From assembly GCF_009914755.1 (NCBI RefSeq), contig NC_060940.1: a stretch of 64,000 nt of DNA. The stretch is one strand, 5' to 3'. The DNA comes from the human T2T-CHM13v2.0 reference genome, Homo sapiens. The notes beneath the pieces were generated by a model. The model saw only the letters and a program-made list of their open reading frames with translations, did not search any database and had not been told where the DNA came from. Below, one piece after another: positions 1 to 13,844 of the stretch; within the stretch, counting starts at the first letter, position 1, and each line of letters starts with the position of its first letter. Both the position numbers and the translations under genes were made by a program.

Positions 1-984
1 TGGCTGCACATCTTTTATCAAGGGTGATTTTAATATTATGCAGGATCATTTCAGAGCAAGCTCTACTCACTACTGACATGTTACAGAATGTGCTGCTCTT
101 TGTGCATCTCGTCCTTACCCTCAGATCAGGGCCTTTCTCTCTTTTCCTGTCCTGATCCAAAACTAAATTTATCTTGGAGACCCATCTCAGTCCTGTCTCT
201 CCAAAAAGACACTCACAAGACTTGTGCTTCCCTCCCCGTTTGTTTCTCCCTCCCTGCAGCCCCCATGTCATCTTTTAAGTCACCATGTTCATTCTTAGAC
301 TGTCTTGCTTGTTGGCCGTGCTGTGTGTTGACCTTTCTTGTCTTCCTATCCTCATGGAAGTTCCTGCATGATCTTTTATTTCTCTCTCTGCTTTCATCGA
401 ACATCCCCAGTACAGCTTAGGCCCACTGTGGGCTCAAGACAACACCCAACACCGCCTATAAGCACATCTTCTGGCTTCTGTAGAGTGCCGTGAATGACTT
501 CTGTCCTCCCTTAGGGATTGCGATGACACTTGTCCTCCCAAGTGGCTAGAGAACAGGGCCTGAAATGGGGAGGTGGGAGACAGGAAGAGAAGTGGAAAAC
601 TGCTTTGCAGAAATCCCTTTGCCAAAAGCCAATCTAGAAATTCAGTTCACCAAATGACTGGCTGACCAGGCTACTGTGGGGTATTTTGGAAAGTTTTTGT
701 TCTCTCACCCCAGTCTCTGCCCCTACCTCTGCCGTTCTCATGCAAATACACAAGTTGTCCCAAAACTCTGCCTCTGCACCTGGCTTTTGGACTTACAGTG
801 GCTCCAGAGGACTCTGCTGGATGGAGGCTAAGATGTGTGTCTGATAGTTCACTCAGCAAAGGGGACTCTGCTCAACAAGTTTTCTGCACATTGGCTTCGT
901 GAATTGACCTAGTTCCCCTCCTGGGTTGGAGTGTTGACTCTTCTGTCTTCTCATCCTCATGGAAAAACCTGCATGGTCCTTTAT

Positions 985-1024
<40 letters not shown>
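985..1024 (+). repeat. (CT)n microsatellite
   Basis: Read directly. Confidence 0.95.
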
Positions 1025-1027
<3 letters not shown>

Positions 1028-4000
1028 CCTCTCTCCCTCTTTTTTCCCTCTCTGAGGGAGGCTCGGGGGCCCATCTCCCTGGCCCCTAAGGCCTCCACCT
1101 CCAGCATCTGGCCTTGTGGACCTGGGATCCTGACACCTTCTCCTTCTTCCAGCTGACAGCCTCCTTTCTGCAGTCCCTGAGCCCTGACATACAGGATCTG
1201 GCTCATTTGAACAACTGCAAGGAGGGGCTGAGTGTTACAGGCACCTACAAGAGGCAGAAAAACAAGATAGAATTGGGCCAGGCCTGGACACTGTCTGAAG
1301 CTCCCTGGAGACTTCTGAATGAGGCATAGAACACAGGGTAGGATAATCAGCTTCCTTCCTGTCTCCCACCTCCCCATTTCATGCCCTATTCCCCAGCCAA
1401 GCCAAGACGCCCTGTTCCTTCTCACGTCTAGGCCTTTGCAGAAGCTGTGACCTCTGCCTGGAGCACCTCCACTCCTCTCTCCCTCTCTGCTTTCTACTTT
1501 TGTTAACAGCTCTAGTGAGACTCTATTTACACACAATAAATTGCACACTTTTAAAATGTTCAATGTGACAAGTTTTGACATATGTATACACCCATGAAAC
1601 CATCACCAAAATCAAGGTGGGAAACCTGTCCATCACCACCAAAGTTTCCTCCTGGCTCGGTAATCCCTCCCACTCACCTCTTGTCCCCATAGCTAAGCAA
1701 CCACTGATGGGCTTTCTATGCAGATTAATTTGCAGTTTCTAGCGTTTTATGTATATTGAACCATATGCTATGCACTCTTTTTATCCCTGAAATGCTTCTT
1801 TCACTAAGCATTTATTTTGAGATCCATCCACATTCTTGTGTGTATCAGTAGCTCATGCCTTTCTTTTGCTAAGTGATATTCCATTGTATGAATGCCATGC
1901 AATTTGCTTATCCATGAATATGTAGGTTGTTGACAGTTTGTAGCCATTAAAAATAAAGCTGCTATGAATACTCATGTACAAGTTTTTGGATGTACACCTG
2001 CTTTAATTCAACTTAATAAATACCCTAGGAGTGGCATGGTTGGATTGTACGACAGGTGTATGTTCAAATTTCAAAGAAACCACCAAACTGTTTTCAAATC
2101 AGCAGAATAAAAGAGTTCTAGTTTTTCCACACCATGACCAACAATTGGTCTGTCTCGTTAATCTTAACCAGTCTAATAGATGATCCGTGGTAGCTAGCTC
2201 CTAGTGATATGAATTTGCATTTCTCTAATGGCTAAAGATGTTGAGCAGCTTTTCATGTGTTTATTGCCATCCATGTATCTTCTTTGGTGAAGTCTCTGTT
2301 CAAATCATTTGCCATTTTCCATTGTTTTGTGTTCTTATTATTGAATTTTGAAAGGTCTTTATATATTCTAGAAACAAACCTGTTACCAAATATATGGTTG
2401 AGAATATTTTATCAAATTCTGTGGTTTGTCCTTTCATTCTTCTAGTGGCAGCTTCTAAAGAGCATCAGTTTTTCATTTTAATGTAAATGTATCTTTAAAA
2501 TGTAAATTTTAAAGTCTAACGTATCTTTTTTTTTTCTTTTAGGAGTCATGATTTTTGTGTTCTCTCTAAGAAACTTTTGCCCAATCCAAAGTCACAAAAG
2601 CTTCCTCCTGTTTTCTTAAAGAATTTGTATGGCTTTATATTTTACATTTAGGCTTATGATACATTTTGTGTCAAAGTCTGTATGTGTAAGGTATAAATCA
2701 GAGTTGACTTATTTTGTGTATTGACATCCGTTGTTTCAACACTATTTGTTGAAATGACTATCTTTTCTCACTGAATCACCTTTGCACCTTTGTCAAAAGT
2801 CAGTTGTCCACATGTAGAGACAGAGCTCTATTTCTGGGTTCTCTATTCTGTTCTATTCATCTCTTTCTCCGTCTTTACTCCAGTACTACAGGCTCTTGAT
2901 TACTATGGCCTTATTCTCAGTCTCAAAATCAGATAACATTGGTCCCAACTTTGTCTTTTTCAAAATTGTTTTGGCTATTCTAGCTCCCTTTACATTTCCA
3001 AATCAATTTGAGAATCTTCAAAATAGCCTACAGGAATTTTGATTAGGGTTGCTCTGAATCTGTAGATAAATTTGGGAAGAACTGACATCTTAAAAATATT
3101 GAGTTTTCTGACCCATGAACAAGGCATGTCTCTATTTATTTAGATCTTCCTTAATTTCTCTCAGCATTGTTTTAGAGTTTCCAGTGTACAGATCTTACAC
3201 GTCTCTTCTCAGACTTATCTCTAAGTGTTTCATGGTTTTTGATGCTACGGTAAGTGGTATTTAAAATTTTAAGTTCTGATGGCTCCTTGTTAGTGTATAA
3301 AAATACAACTGATTATGTATATTGATCTTGTATTCTGTAACCCTGCTAAATATCTTCATTAGTCCTAGTGGCTGTTTTATAGGTGTCATCAGATTTTCTA
3401 TATAGACGATCATGTTATCTGCAAATGCAAACGTTTTTACTTCTTTCTCTCTTTCTTTGTCTTCCCCCTATTTCACTGGCTAGCGCCTCTAGTACAATAT
3501 TGAATAGAAGCAGTGAGAGACGACATTCTTGACTTGTTCCTTAAGAGAAATACGTTCAATTTTTCATTATGTATGATGTTACCTGTAGGTTTTTCCAGTT
3601 AAAGAAGTTTTCTTCTATTCCTAATTTGTTGAGATTTTTTAAAAAATCATCAATGGGTATTGAATTTCATTGAATGTTTTTTTCTGTGGCTATTAAAGTG
3701 ATCATACCATTTTTTCCCTAGTTTATGAATAAAATGAATTGCACTGATCAATTTCCTAATACTAAACCACCTTGGTCATGATATGTTATCCTTTGTATAT
3801 GTCACTGAATTCAATTTCCTAAAATTTTACTTAGATTTTTTGCATCTATGTGCATAAAGGATATTGGTCTGTAGTTCCCTTTTCTTGTAATGGCTTTGTC
3901 TGGTTTTGAAGACAGGATAATTCAGGCCTTATAGGATGAGATGGAAATATTCCCTCTTCTTCAGTTTCCTGGAAGAGTTTGTGTGTAGTTGGTATTATTG

Positions 4001-4203
4001 CTTTTTTAAATGTTTGACAGAATTCACAAGTGAAGCCACCTTGGCCTAGGGCTTACTTTATCAGAAAGTTTTTAATTACAAATTCAATTATTTTAATAAA
4101 CATGGAGCCATTCAGGTTTTCTGTTTCTTCTTGGATGAGATTTGGTAGTTTGCAATGTTCAAGGATTTTGTCCATTTCATCTAAGATAGAGAGATGTTCA
4201 TAA

Positions 4204-4641
<438 letters not shown>

Positions 4642-4930
4642 TAAAAGAACTAGCTTTTGGTTTTATTGTTTTTCTGTTCTCTATATGCTCTATTTCATTA
4701 GTCTACTCTGATCTTTATTTTCTTTATTCTGCTTATCTTGAGCTTAATTTGCTCTTGTATTTTCTAGTTTTTTTAAGGCAAAAGATGAGATAACTGATTT
4801 GAGAGCTTTATTCCTTTCTAATGTCAGAATTCAGTATTATAAATTTCCGTGTCAGCACTGCTTTAGAGATATCTCACAAATCTTGAAATAATGTATTATC
4901 ACTTCCACTCAGTTAAAAATACTCTCTTTC

Positions 4931-5248
4931 AGTCGGGTGCGGTGGCTCACGCCTGTAATCCCAGCACTTTGGGAGGCTGAGACAGGCAGATCACTTGAGG
5001 TCAAGAGTTCGAGACCAGCCTGGCCAATACAGTGAAACCCTGTCTCTACTAAAAATACAAAAATTAGCCAGGCATGGTGGTGCACGCCTCCTTGTCCCAG
5101 CTACTTTGGTTCCCCCTCCTTGCCCCAGCTACTCAGGAGGCTGAGACAGGAGAATCACTTGAACCTAGGAGGTGGAGGTTGCAGTGAGCTCAGATCGCAC
5201 CATTGCGCTCCAGCCTGGGTGTCTCAGCGAGACCCTCTCTCAAAAAAA

Positions 5249-5266
<18 letters not shown>
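4931..5266 (+). mobile_element. AluS with an internal non-Alu insertion
   Basis: Full dimer with poly(A) at 5242-5266 and extra sequence at 5087-5122. Confidence 0.95.
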
Positions 5267-5282
<16 letters not shown>

Positions 5283-5350
5283 TATACACATACATATATA
5301 TATATATATACACATATATATAAAAGAAATCAAAAGGGGAAAAGAGAGTG

Positions 5351-5384
<34 letters not shown>

Positions 5385-5479
5385 TATATATATACACATA
5401 TATGTGTGTATATATATATATGTGTGTGTATATATATATATATATATATACACTCTCTTTTCCCCTTTTGATTTCTTTT
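5267..5479. repeat. (TA)n/(CA)n tract containing a 158-bp palindrome
   Basis: Outer arms 5322-5350 and 5451-5479 are exact reverse complements. Confidence 0.95.
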
Positions 5480-7512
5480 TTGAACCATAGCTTATATAGA
5501 AAGTGTCACTTTGTTTCCAAATATTTGGAGTCTTTCCAAAGATCTTTCTGTTATTCATTTCTAATGTAATTTCGTTACGGTCAGAGAACATACTCTATGG
5601 TTTAAATCCTTTTAAATTTATTAAGGCTCATTTTATGGCCAATAATACGGTCTATCTTGGCCAAAGTGTATTCCGTGTGTACTTACAAAGAATGTGTATT
5701 CTGCTATTGTTGGGTGGAATGTTATATAAGTGTCAATTTGGTCAAGTTGGTTAATAGAGTTGTTTAAGTCTTCTATACTCCTATTGATTTTCTGTCTATT
5801 AATTATTGAGAGGGGGTATTAAGATCTCTGTCCATAATTGCAGGTTTGTCTATTTCTCTTGCAGTCTTATTATTTTTTCCTTCATTATTTGAAGCTCTGT
5901 TAACAGGTATATAAAAATTTAGAATTGTCATATCCTCCCAATGTACTGACCCCTTTAGTTTTATAAAATGACCTTTTTACCCTAGTAATATTCTTTGGTC
6001 TGAAATCTACCTTATCTACTTTCTTTTGATGACTGTTAGCATGTTATACCTTTTTCCATCCTTTTACTTTTAACCCTATTTGTGTATTTCCATTTAAAAC
6101 GGAGTCCTTAAGCTTTTGTGTGTCTGAACAAATCTTTATTTTGCTTCATTTTTGAAAAATATTTTCACTAGGAATAGAATTCTGGTTTGACAGTTCTTTG
6201 ATACTTAAACTTGATGTGCCACCATTTTCTGCATGTTTTTGTGTTTGGAGTTCATTGAGCTTCTTGGATCTGTGGGTTTATGGGTCTCATAAAGTTTGGA
6301 AAAATTTTGGCCTCTATTCCTGCCCTGTTCGTTTTGGGCCACCCCAATTCCATGTATATTAGACCACTGAATGTTGTGCCATGGCTCACGTATACTCTTT
6401 CAATGTATTTTTTAAAATTATGTTTGCTCTCTTTATTTCATGTTGGATAGTTTCTATGGCTATGTCTTCAAGTTCGCCAGGCTTTTCCTCTGCAATGTGT
6501 CATCTCCTATTAATTCCATGCAGTGCACTTTTCAGTCTCAGACACCGTAGTCTTCATTTTTAGTAGTCTGATTGCATCTTTTTCATGTTTTCTCTATTTC
6601 TAATTAACTTCTTGAACATACAGGATACAATCATAAGATCTGTTTTAATGACCTTGTCTGCTAAGTCTAACATTTACATCAGTTCTGGATCAGTTTTGAT
6701 GGAATGATTTTCCTCTTCATCATGGGTCATATTCTCCCACTTCTTTGCACAGCTGGTAATTTGTAAATGGATGCCAGACATAATGAATTTTACCTTTCTA
6801 GGTGATGGGCACGTTTGTATTCCTATAAATATTCTTGAGCTTTGTTCTGGATGCAGTTAAAGCACTTGGAGACAGTTTCATCCTTTGGGGTCTTATTTTC
6901 TAGATTTGCCAGGTGGGGCCAGAATAGGGCTCAGTCTAAGGCTAATCATTTCCCACTACTGAGGCAAGAGTTTCCTGAGGGCCCTACTCGATCCCTGTGA
7001 ATTATTAGGTCCTCTAGTCTGGCTGGCCGGAACAGGCACTATTCTTTGTGTGAGCACCAGATACTCTTCACTCTGATCCTCTGAATGATTAATTCCCAAG
7101 CTCCAGATAGTTCCCTCACATGCACATGCTGACTGATTTTCTGCCGAATACTTGAGCAGAATCTCCAGAGCTCTTTCTGAGTGCAGCTCTTTCCTCTTAG
7201 ACCTTCCTGCCTGCAGACTCTCACCACCTTGGTCCTGACTCTCAGCTCTGTCCCCTCAACTCAGGAGGCCTGCCAGTCTTCCTCTTTGGTTCCCCCTCCT
7301 TGTGCCATGGCTCAGAAGCCCTCTCAAGGCAGTAAGCTGGTGCAATCACAGGGCTCGCATCATTTGCCTCTCTTCTCTCAGGGAACACTGTCCTGTATTC
7401 CTTAATGTCCAGTGTCTTACAAACCACCGTTTCATACATTTTGTCCAGTTTTTTCAGGCAGAAGGGTAAATATGGCTCTTGTTACTCCATCTTGGCTGGA
7501 AGTAGAAGTTCC

Positions 7513-7790
7513 CTCACTAATAGCTCATAAATCTTCACAATTCAGCCCACGTGTCACCTCCTCCAGGAAGCCTTCCCTCATGGCCTACAGACCAGGTTAA
7601 GTGTTCCTGCTATGGACCCCCCACAGCCATAATGCTTCATCTATCACAGTTCTTATTCATCTATATTGTTATTGCTTATTTATTTGTCCACCTCCTCAAC
7701 TAGACTAAAGGTTCCTAAACATAGGGGTCTGTGTTTTGTTCACTAGACTCTGTCTGGCACATAATAAGTGCTTGACTAATGCTGACAATT
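7513..7790 (+). mobile_element. L2 3' fragment
   Basis: tgtcacctcctccaggaagccttccct...ctagact...tggcacataataagtgct. Confidence 0.7.
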
Positions 7791-9239
7791 TTGAACACGT
7801 CTTTTAGCTCCAGAAGATTAAAACAACGTTATCAGGGTTTTTCCCCCTGTGTACAGTCAAATACTGGGGACAGGGAAGTTTCATCTAGAAAGGTAGGGGT
7901 GTAAGGGGCACCTGCACCCCCTGGGGCAGCATGCTAACTCACCTATTTGTGTCTTCAAGACCCCAGAAATCACAGCTGGTAGGTGGTCAAGCAGCAGTGC
8001 TCTGGGGCGATTCTGAGGTAAGGATTGCAGGCAGAACCAGGGAGGAAGTTAAACAAGGGCTGGGCTTCCTGAGGATGCAGGGAGCTTCCCGGTCTCATAG
8101 TGAAAATCCTGTGGCTATGCAGCCATGTCATCCCCGTTTCCCCCCAGACATCAGGGTTCCCAAAGTCTCAAGGTTTTGTGGAGGGCCCCCAGCCTAGGTA
8201 GTTAGGGAGTAAAGCAAGTTTGCCAAATGACGGGATTTCAAATAATATTCAAGTCTATATTTGGTGAGGGGAAAAAAACTCACTCTTTTCCAAAGAATGA
8301 AAGGTTCCCCCACCCTCCCCTTCCTTTCTCTTCAATGATGGCATTTCCATAAGAGAAACTGCTTGATAGGCCTGTTCCCTTTAAATTATTTTCTAACGAT
8401 CCAGGCAGTCATACGCACCGGCTGCCTCTCCTTGGCTCACCTTTCCTTTCAATTACTTTCGTTCTTCAGCTGAACAATGGCAGCGTCGCAGCCCCTCCTG
8501 GCTGGGACTGCTACCACTCAGCGCCTCTGCGGCCAGGTGGCCAGGCTGGGCTCCGGCTTTGTTCCCCTGGCCAGACGGCCGTCGTTTCATCTTCCTGTCT
8601 CCCCTTTCTGTGCCATTTAAACTTTAACCTGGTAGTAACTTTGCCCGCCTTGATTCCCGATTCAAAGGCTGGCAGATGAAAAGCCCTCCCCTTGGATGTG
8701 GCTTGAAAACTTCATCCTCAGTCTCTCTCTGTCTTTGAACTGCCTTGGAGCCTTTTTGCTCAGGCTGTTTTATTCTCCCTGGGACTCTAGCTTTTAGGCC
8801 TGGGGGCTTAGGAAAAACAGCAATAGGGGCTTCGCAGTTGGGGCCCTGGAGGACCCCCAAGTTCCCCTGAGGTGGGCAACTCAGGTGCCCCCAACACACA
8901 CACCATCCCACCCCAGGGGCCTGGGATCTGTAGCCCAGGAGATCGTCTCTGGCCTTCAGGGCCAGTCCCCTGCCTCCACGCAGCCCTCCCCCATTCCGGC
9001 TTCCCTTCACAAGCCCCAGACCCACAGCAACTTCAAGGCTTCTAGCCCCAGGTGGGTCTTCCAGAAACTTTTTCCTTTTCAATGCCAGGCAGACCACTCA
9101 CTGCTCTCAGATGTCGGGCAAGGCACAATGGGAGAATTCTGCAATCACAGAAAAATTCAGGAAGTCAAGACCAAATGGGACAGTGGGGAAAATAAACCAC
9201 GGAGAGGGTTAGAAGTAAACTCAAAAGCAGACACAACTT

Positions 9240-9267
9240 TTCCTCCTCCTCCTCCTCCTCCTCCTCC
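9240..9267 (+). repeat. (CCT)n trinucleotide repeat
   Basis: Read directly. Confidence 0.9.
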
Positions 9268-9411
9268 AAGCAGGCCCCATATGACCAGGCCAGGCAGCAC
9301 TGCCAAAGTCTCATGTGGCCCTGCTGTGTTGGATCCTCAGCTATGCTGGCGTTTGTCTACCAAGAGTAGTCTGTGTGCCACCCTTGTCTCTGCTGACAGA
9401 GGTAACGAATA

Positions 9412-9786
9412 CTGAAGCGAGTTAAATGGTGGCCCTCAAAAAAATATGTCCCCATTCTAACTCCTGGAATCTGTGAATGTTACCTTATACGGAAAAGGTG
9501 TAATTATTTAAGGATCCTGAGATCATCCTGGGCTAAATTCAATGACAAGTATCCTTATAAGAGACAAACAGCGAAGAGACACAAAGACAGAGGCAGAGAT
9601 TAGAGGGATGTGGCCATGAGCCAAAGAACACCTGGTGCCACCAGAAGCTGGAAGAGGCAAGGACCAGATTGTCCCCGAGGCTTCAGAGGGAGTGCAGCCT
9701 CACGGATACCTTGATTTTGGATTTCTGGGCTTCTGTTACTTTAAGCCAGCAAGCTAGTGACAATTTACCTTCAGGAAACTAATGTA
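9412..9786 (+). mobile_element. MaLR solo LTR (MLT1B/C-like)
   Basis: aatggtggccctcaaaa...tgtgaatgttacctta...ccaccagaagctggaagaggcaagga...ggaaactaat. Confidence 0.8.
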
Positions 9787-12746
9787 AGTATGCAAAGTGC
9801 GGACAGGAGTTGCTATGGTCCTCACCGGAACCTGGTGCTGGGTGATGGCTCAGCCCCTCCCCACCCTGAGGACAGGCTCCCGCAAGTCTCAGCCTATCAC
9901 AGTTGTCCCAGGACCCTTACCAGTGATTGGCTTAAGGGTGGGCATGTGACCCCATTTTAGCCAATGAGAGGGAAGGGGATGGTGTCCTGGGGAAAAATGG
10001 CTCCTCTTCCTTCCTAGAGTGTGACCATCTCTACCTGTGCGCCCACACGGCTGGCCTGAACATGAGGGTGAGAGGGAGCAATGGAAAGGCCTGCAGAAGG
10101 TGGGGCAGGAACAGGTTATGATGCAAGCCAGAGCCTAATCTCAACTGCAAACTTCCCACCAACGTAGAATATAGGAAAATGCTTCCTAAAGATGAAACTC
10201 TGATTCAAGACACTGGGGTCCCTGAAGGGACAACCTGGGCCTGAATCATGTCTCCTGATAGAAACAGAATATATCCGGGTATTGGGAGTGGAAGGAGCAG
10301 GACAGGGCCACCAGGAGTCTCCCAGCATGACGGGTTGGGAAGCCCCCTGGAATAGAGTGCCTTCTAAAGGGAAAGCCGGGAACACCAGCTTAGCTTTAAC
10401 AAAGGTCTGAGCTCGGGGCAGGGAAAGGCCAGGACTCTAGTGTCTGGCAGGTATAGATTTGTCTCCTGACCACACCTCCTGGATTCATGCTCCAAGTCCT
10501 TGGGAGTGAGAAGAGCTTCTCTACAAAAATTGAAATTTTGGTTTTCATCAAAATTCAAAAGACAGTGAGACCAAGTAGCCTCGCCATGGGGGCCACTAAC
10601 AGAGAGCAGCAGTGATGGGAAGCCCACTGCAGCTCCAAAGTTTGGGAGTGTCAGCCCACCAGCACTGGGGGCGAGGTGCTCAGAGACCACTGTAGGGTCA
10701 GCGGGGAGGACGGCCCAAAGGAGACAGCCAGACCCGGAGGGCCCAAGGCGTGGCTAGCTGACATCATGGTGCCTGAAACAGGTGCGGGATCCAGCAGAGC
10801 ATGGGGACAGGAGCCAGGGGACCCCAACAACTGCTTAGGCAGCAGACATAGGTGCCCCTTGGTAGCTGACAGACATGTTTGCGAGTCTACAGGAGGCAAG
10901 CCTGGAGTAACCCCAAAATAATTGGGTGACAGTTTGAGGGGGTTTCTGGGAGTCTTGCAATATTTAGTGAAAGCAAAACCACACAAATATATGTCACTGC
11001 TGTGGATGCCCCCTCTGTGGCCCTAGGTTGGTGTGGCCAGGCAGACGGAGGTTGCTTTGATGGCAGTTCAGTCCCCAGCTACTCCTTTGAACCACCCCGT
11101 GGTTGCCAACCCTGGAGTACCTCAGAGCCACGTCACCTGGGGGCCTGTGAGAGACAACGAGGCCCAGGCCCCACCCCCACCAGTGAAATCAGGAGCTCTA
11201 GGCAGAACCCACGCTCCTATTTGTTCAAAGCTGCCCAGGAGATGCCACACAGCCAGGGTTGACACCCACTCTGTTATGGTGCCCTCTGTCCACCTCAGCG
11301 GGAGGCGGGACAGAATCTCAACCTGCTTCCCAACCAGGGACTGTCAGCTTCTCCAGCTCTAATGTGGGATGTTGGGCTCAGCAGCTTCCCAGGACCCATC
11401 TGGCTCTGCTGCATCGTGAAGAGTTGGAGAGCATGAGACTTCTCCAAACTGAGAAAGAGAAAGAACGCTGGGGAGAGGGAGGCAGGAAGAGGGTGGCAGG
11501 GACAGGGACTGCAGAACCCCGTCCTCCCAGCTTGCATCACAGCCACTGCCCATGCCCTCCTCTCTGCCAAGGCTGAGTCCTCTGCAATGCCCAGGCCTTG
11601 GATGGGAGGGTGGGGATAGAGTGGTGGGATGTCCCCCACCAGGGGGAGGAGTTGCCCCTAGCATGCCCATGCAGGAGCTCAGAAACCGCTAATGGGCCTG
11701 CATGGTCATTAAGCAGAGGACATACCTGCTCATGGTGCCATCTAAACCCCATTTAACTCATCATTTAAATTTACTAACAGATGTAAATCCCCCTCAATGA
11801 GAGAGAGATGGGCCATCAGCACCCTGCTTCTGACACACTCCAAGGAGGCTGGGCTTTAATTTCAGGGCGGACGACCTTCTGGAGAGCTCTGGGCCCTGTA
11901 ATGGCCATTTGCAGGAGATGATGACAGGCAAAATGGAGGGCAGGCAGCCTTGATGCTCTCCCTGTGAGAGGCATCCCCCATCGAGAGTCTCCCTTCCACC
12001 CCACGAAGGTCTCAGTGCCCTTCACCAACCTCCCCCAAGGCCTCCCCCATGCATGGCAGCAGCCCTAGGCTCAGCAGGCTTCCTGGTCCCAGGGCAGTGA
12101 TGGTGACATCCAGCCCCCTGGAGTAGAATCTGTCTTTTCCCCACGAGAGAAGTGGGGGTCCTTGGGATGCCTGGGAGCCCCTGAGCTGTGCCCCAAGATG
12201 CTTGCTCCCTGAGGGACTCAAGGGGCTCAAGGCGCCACTCAGGCAGGGCTTGAAGAAGGAGCCATTTGCAAGCTGCAGCATTGCTTGTCGGTTGAGGTGG
12301 AGCCACTGGCCATTTTGGAACGGTCTTCTCTGTTCAGGAAAGGGCCTTTGCTTTAGTGGGCACAAGTTAGGTGAGTGAGCCACCATGGCTATGGGAAGGA
12401 TGTGGCCCCAACTTTGGGAACCTGACAGGGGCTAACCCCATCCATCTGCACTGTCTACTTGCCATGCTGTGACACAACTGCCCTGGGGCCAAGAAGCCTC
12501 AAGGGGAGAGAATTGACACTTGCCTTCTTTCCCAAAGCAGTGACTCCCGGCTGGAAGGGACCCCGAGGACAGCAAATACCGAGAGGAGGCTCACCGCAAA
12601 GAAAGGGGAAGTACAAACTGTCCAAATGGCTAGGAGGGGAGGACGTTGGTTCTGACACAGCCTGGGACCTACTCCTGACCCAGACGTGTGGCTCGGAGGA
12701 TGGGTTTCAGGAAGCCTGGCTGAGGGTGAGCACAGGAGGGTGAGCA

Positions 12747-13020
12747 CAGGAGGCCGAGGCAGCTGGCTTGCTTGAGCCCAGGAGTTAGAGACCAGCTTGG
12801 GGCAACGTAGCAAGACCCCGTCTCTACAAAAAAATTCAAAAATTAATCAGGCATGGTGATGCATCTTTGCAATCCCAGCTACTCAGGAGACTGAGGCAGG
12901 AGGGTCACCTGAGCCCAGGGAGGCCAAGGCTGCAATGAGTTCTGATCATGCCATTGCACTCCAGCCTGGGTGAGTTAGTGAAACCCTGTCTCAAAAAACA
13001 AAAAACAAAACCAAAAAAAC
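12747..13020 (+). mobile_element. AluJ, 5'-truncated
   Basis: AluJ-type gagcccaggag motifs and an A-rich tail. Confidence 0.9.
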
Positions 13021-13844
13021 GCTGGAACCAGAGGAGACCAAACAAGTGCAAAGGAAAGTAGGAACACCCTTCTTTACAGAGCCTCTTACACCTGCTGGGG
13101 CTGGAGCAGCCACAGCCGCAGCCTTAGCAGACAGGGACACAAGTCGTCCACGGCACCAGGGGCAGCGGCCCGGGAGCCTGGGCAACCTGTTACCACCATT
13201 AGTCCTGCTCATTACCTCTCACCCTCCACTAGAGACCCGTGAAGACAGGTGTCTTGTCCTGTTCACTTCTGTCTCCCCAACACCTAGTACATAATTAATA
13301 ATTCATAGCTTTGTATCAAACAATGAACAAATGATACATCTGAAACCCATTTAATGTGCAGACACACCTTGTTATCCACGTGCATCTCCCACTCTGGATT
13401 TTCCACAGCAAACACCTCCTCCTCCTGGCTCCTAGCCCGCTCCTGGGCCATCCCACCCTCGCTTTCTGTGAGCTCAAGGATTACAAACTAATCCTAATAT
13501 ATTTGCCTGAGCAGAACCTAATTAGGAAGGTAAATCTGCAAAAAATAAAAGGTAAAACAAAATAAAAACCCAAGGAGAGTGGCCTCTAACCCCTGGAGCA
13601 GAAGGAAAGGTGGTTTGGGCTTCCTTGTTCTATAGTGTCCCTCTCTCAGCCCAAATAAGGGGAAAAGCCTTCTCTCTCCAACAGGCAAGGCCAAAGGGAA
13701 AAGCAGAGGGGGGGTTTGTAAAAAAGGCAGCTGCACCTGCAATCCCACCATGGAAGTGGCCTTGGGGGTACATTTTACCTATCTTCCTGCTTCCAGGGCT
13801 TAGAATTTCAGATCCACCAGAGACTCCAGCAAATGGTTAGATAT

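Noticed and set aside
853-1581. 242-aa minus-strand ORF
   Set aside because: It starts in an L1 3' end and crosses an L2 remnant and a (CT)n repeat, with no domain.
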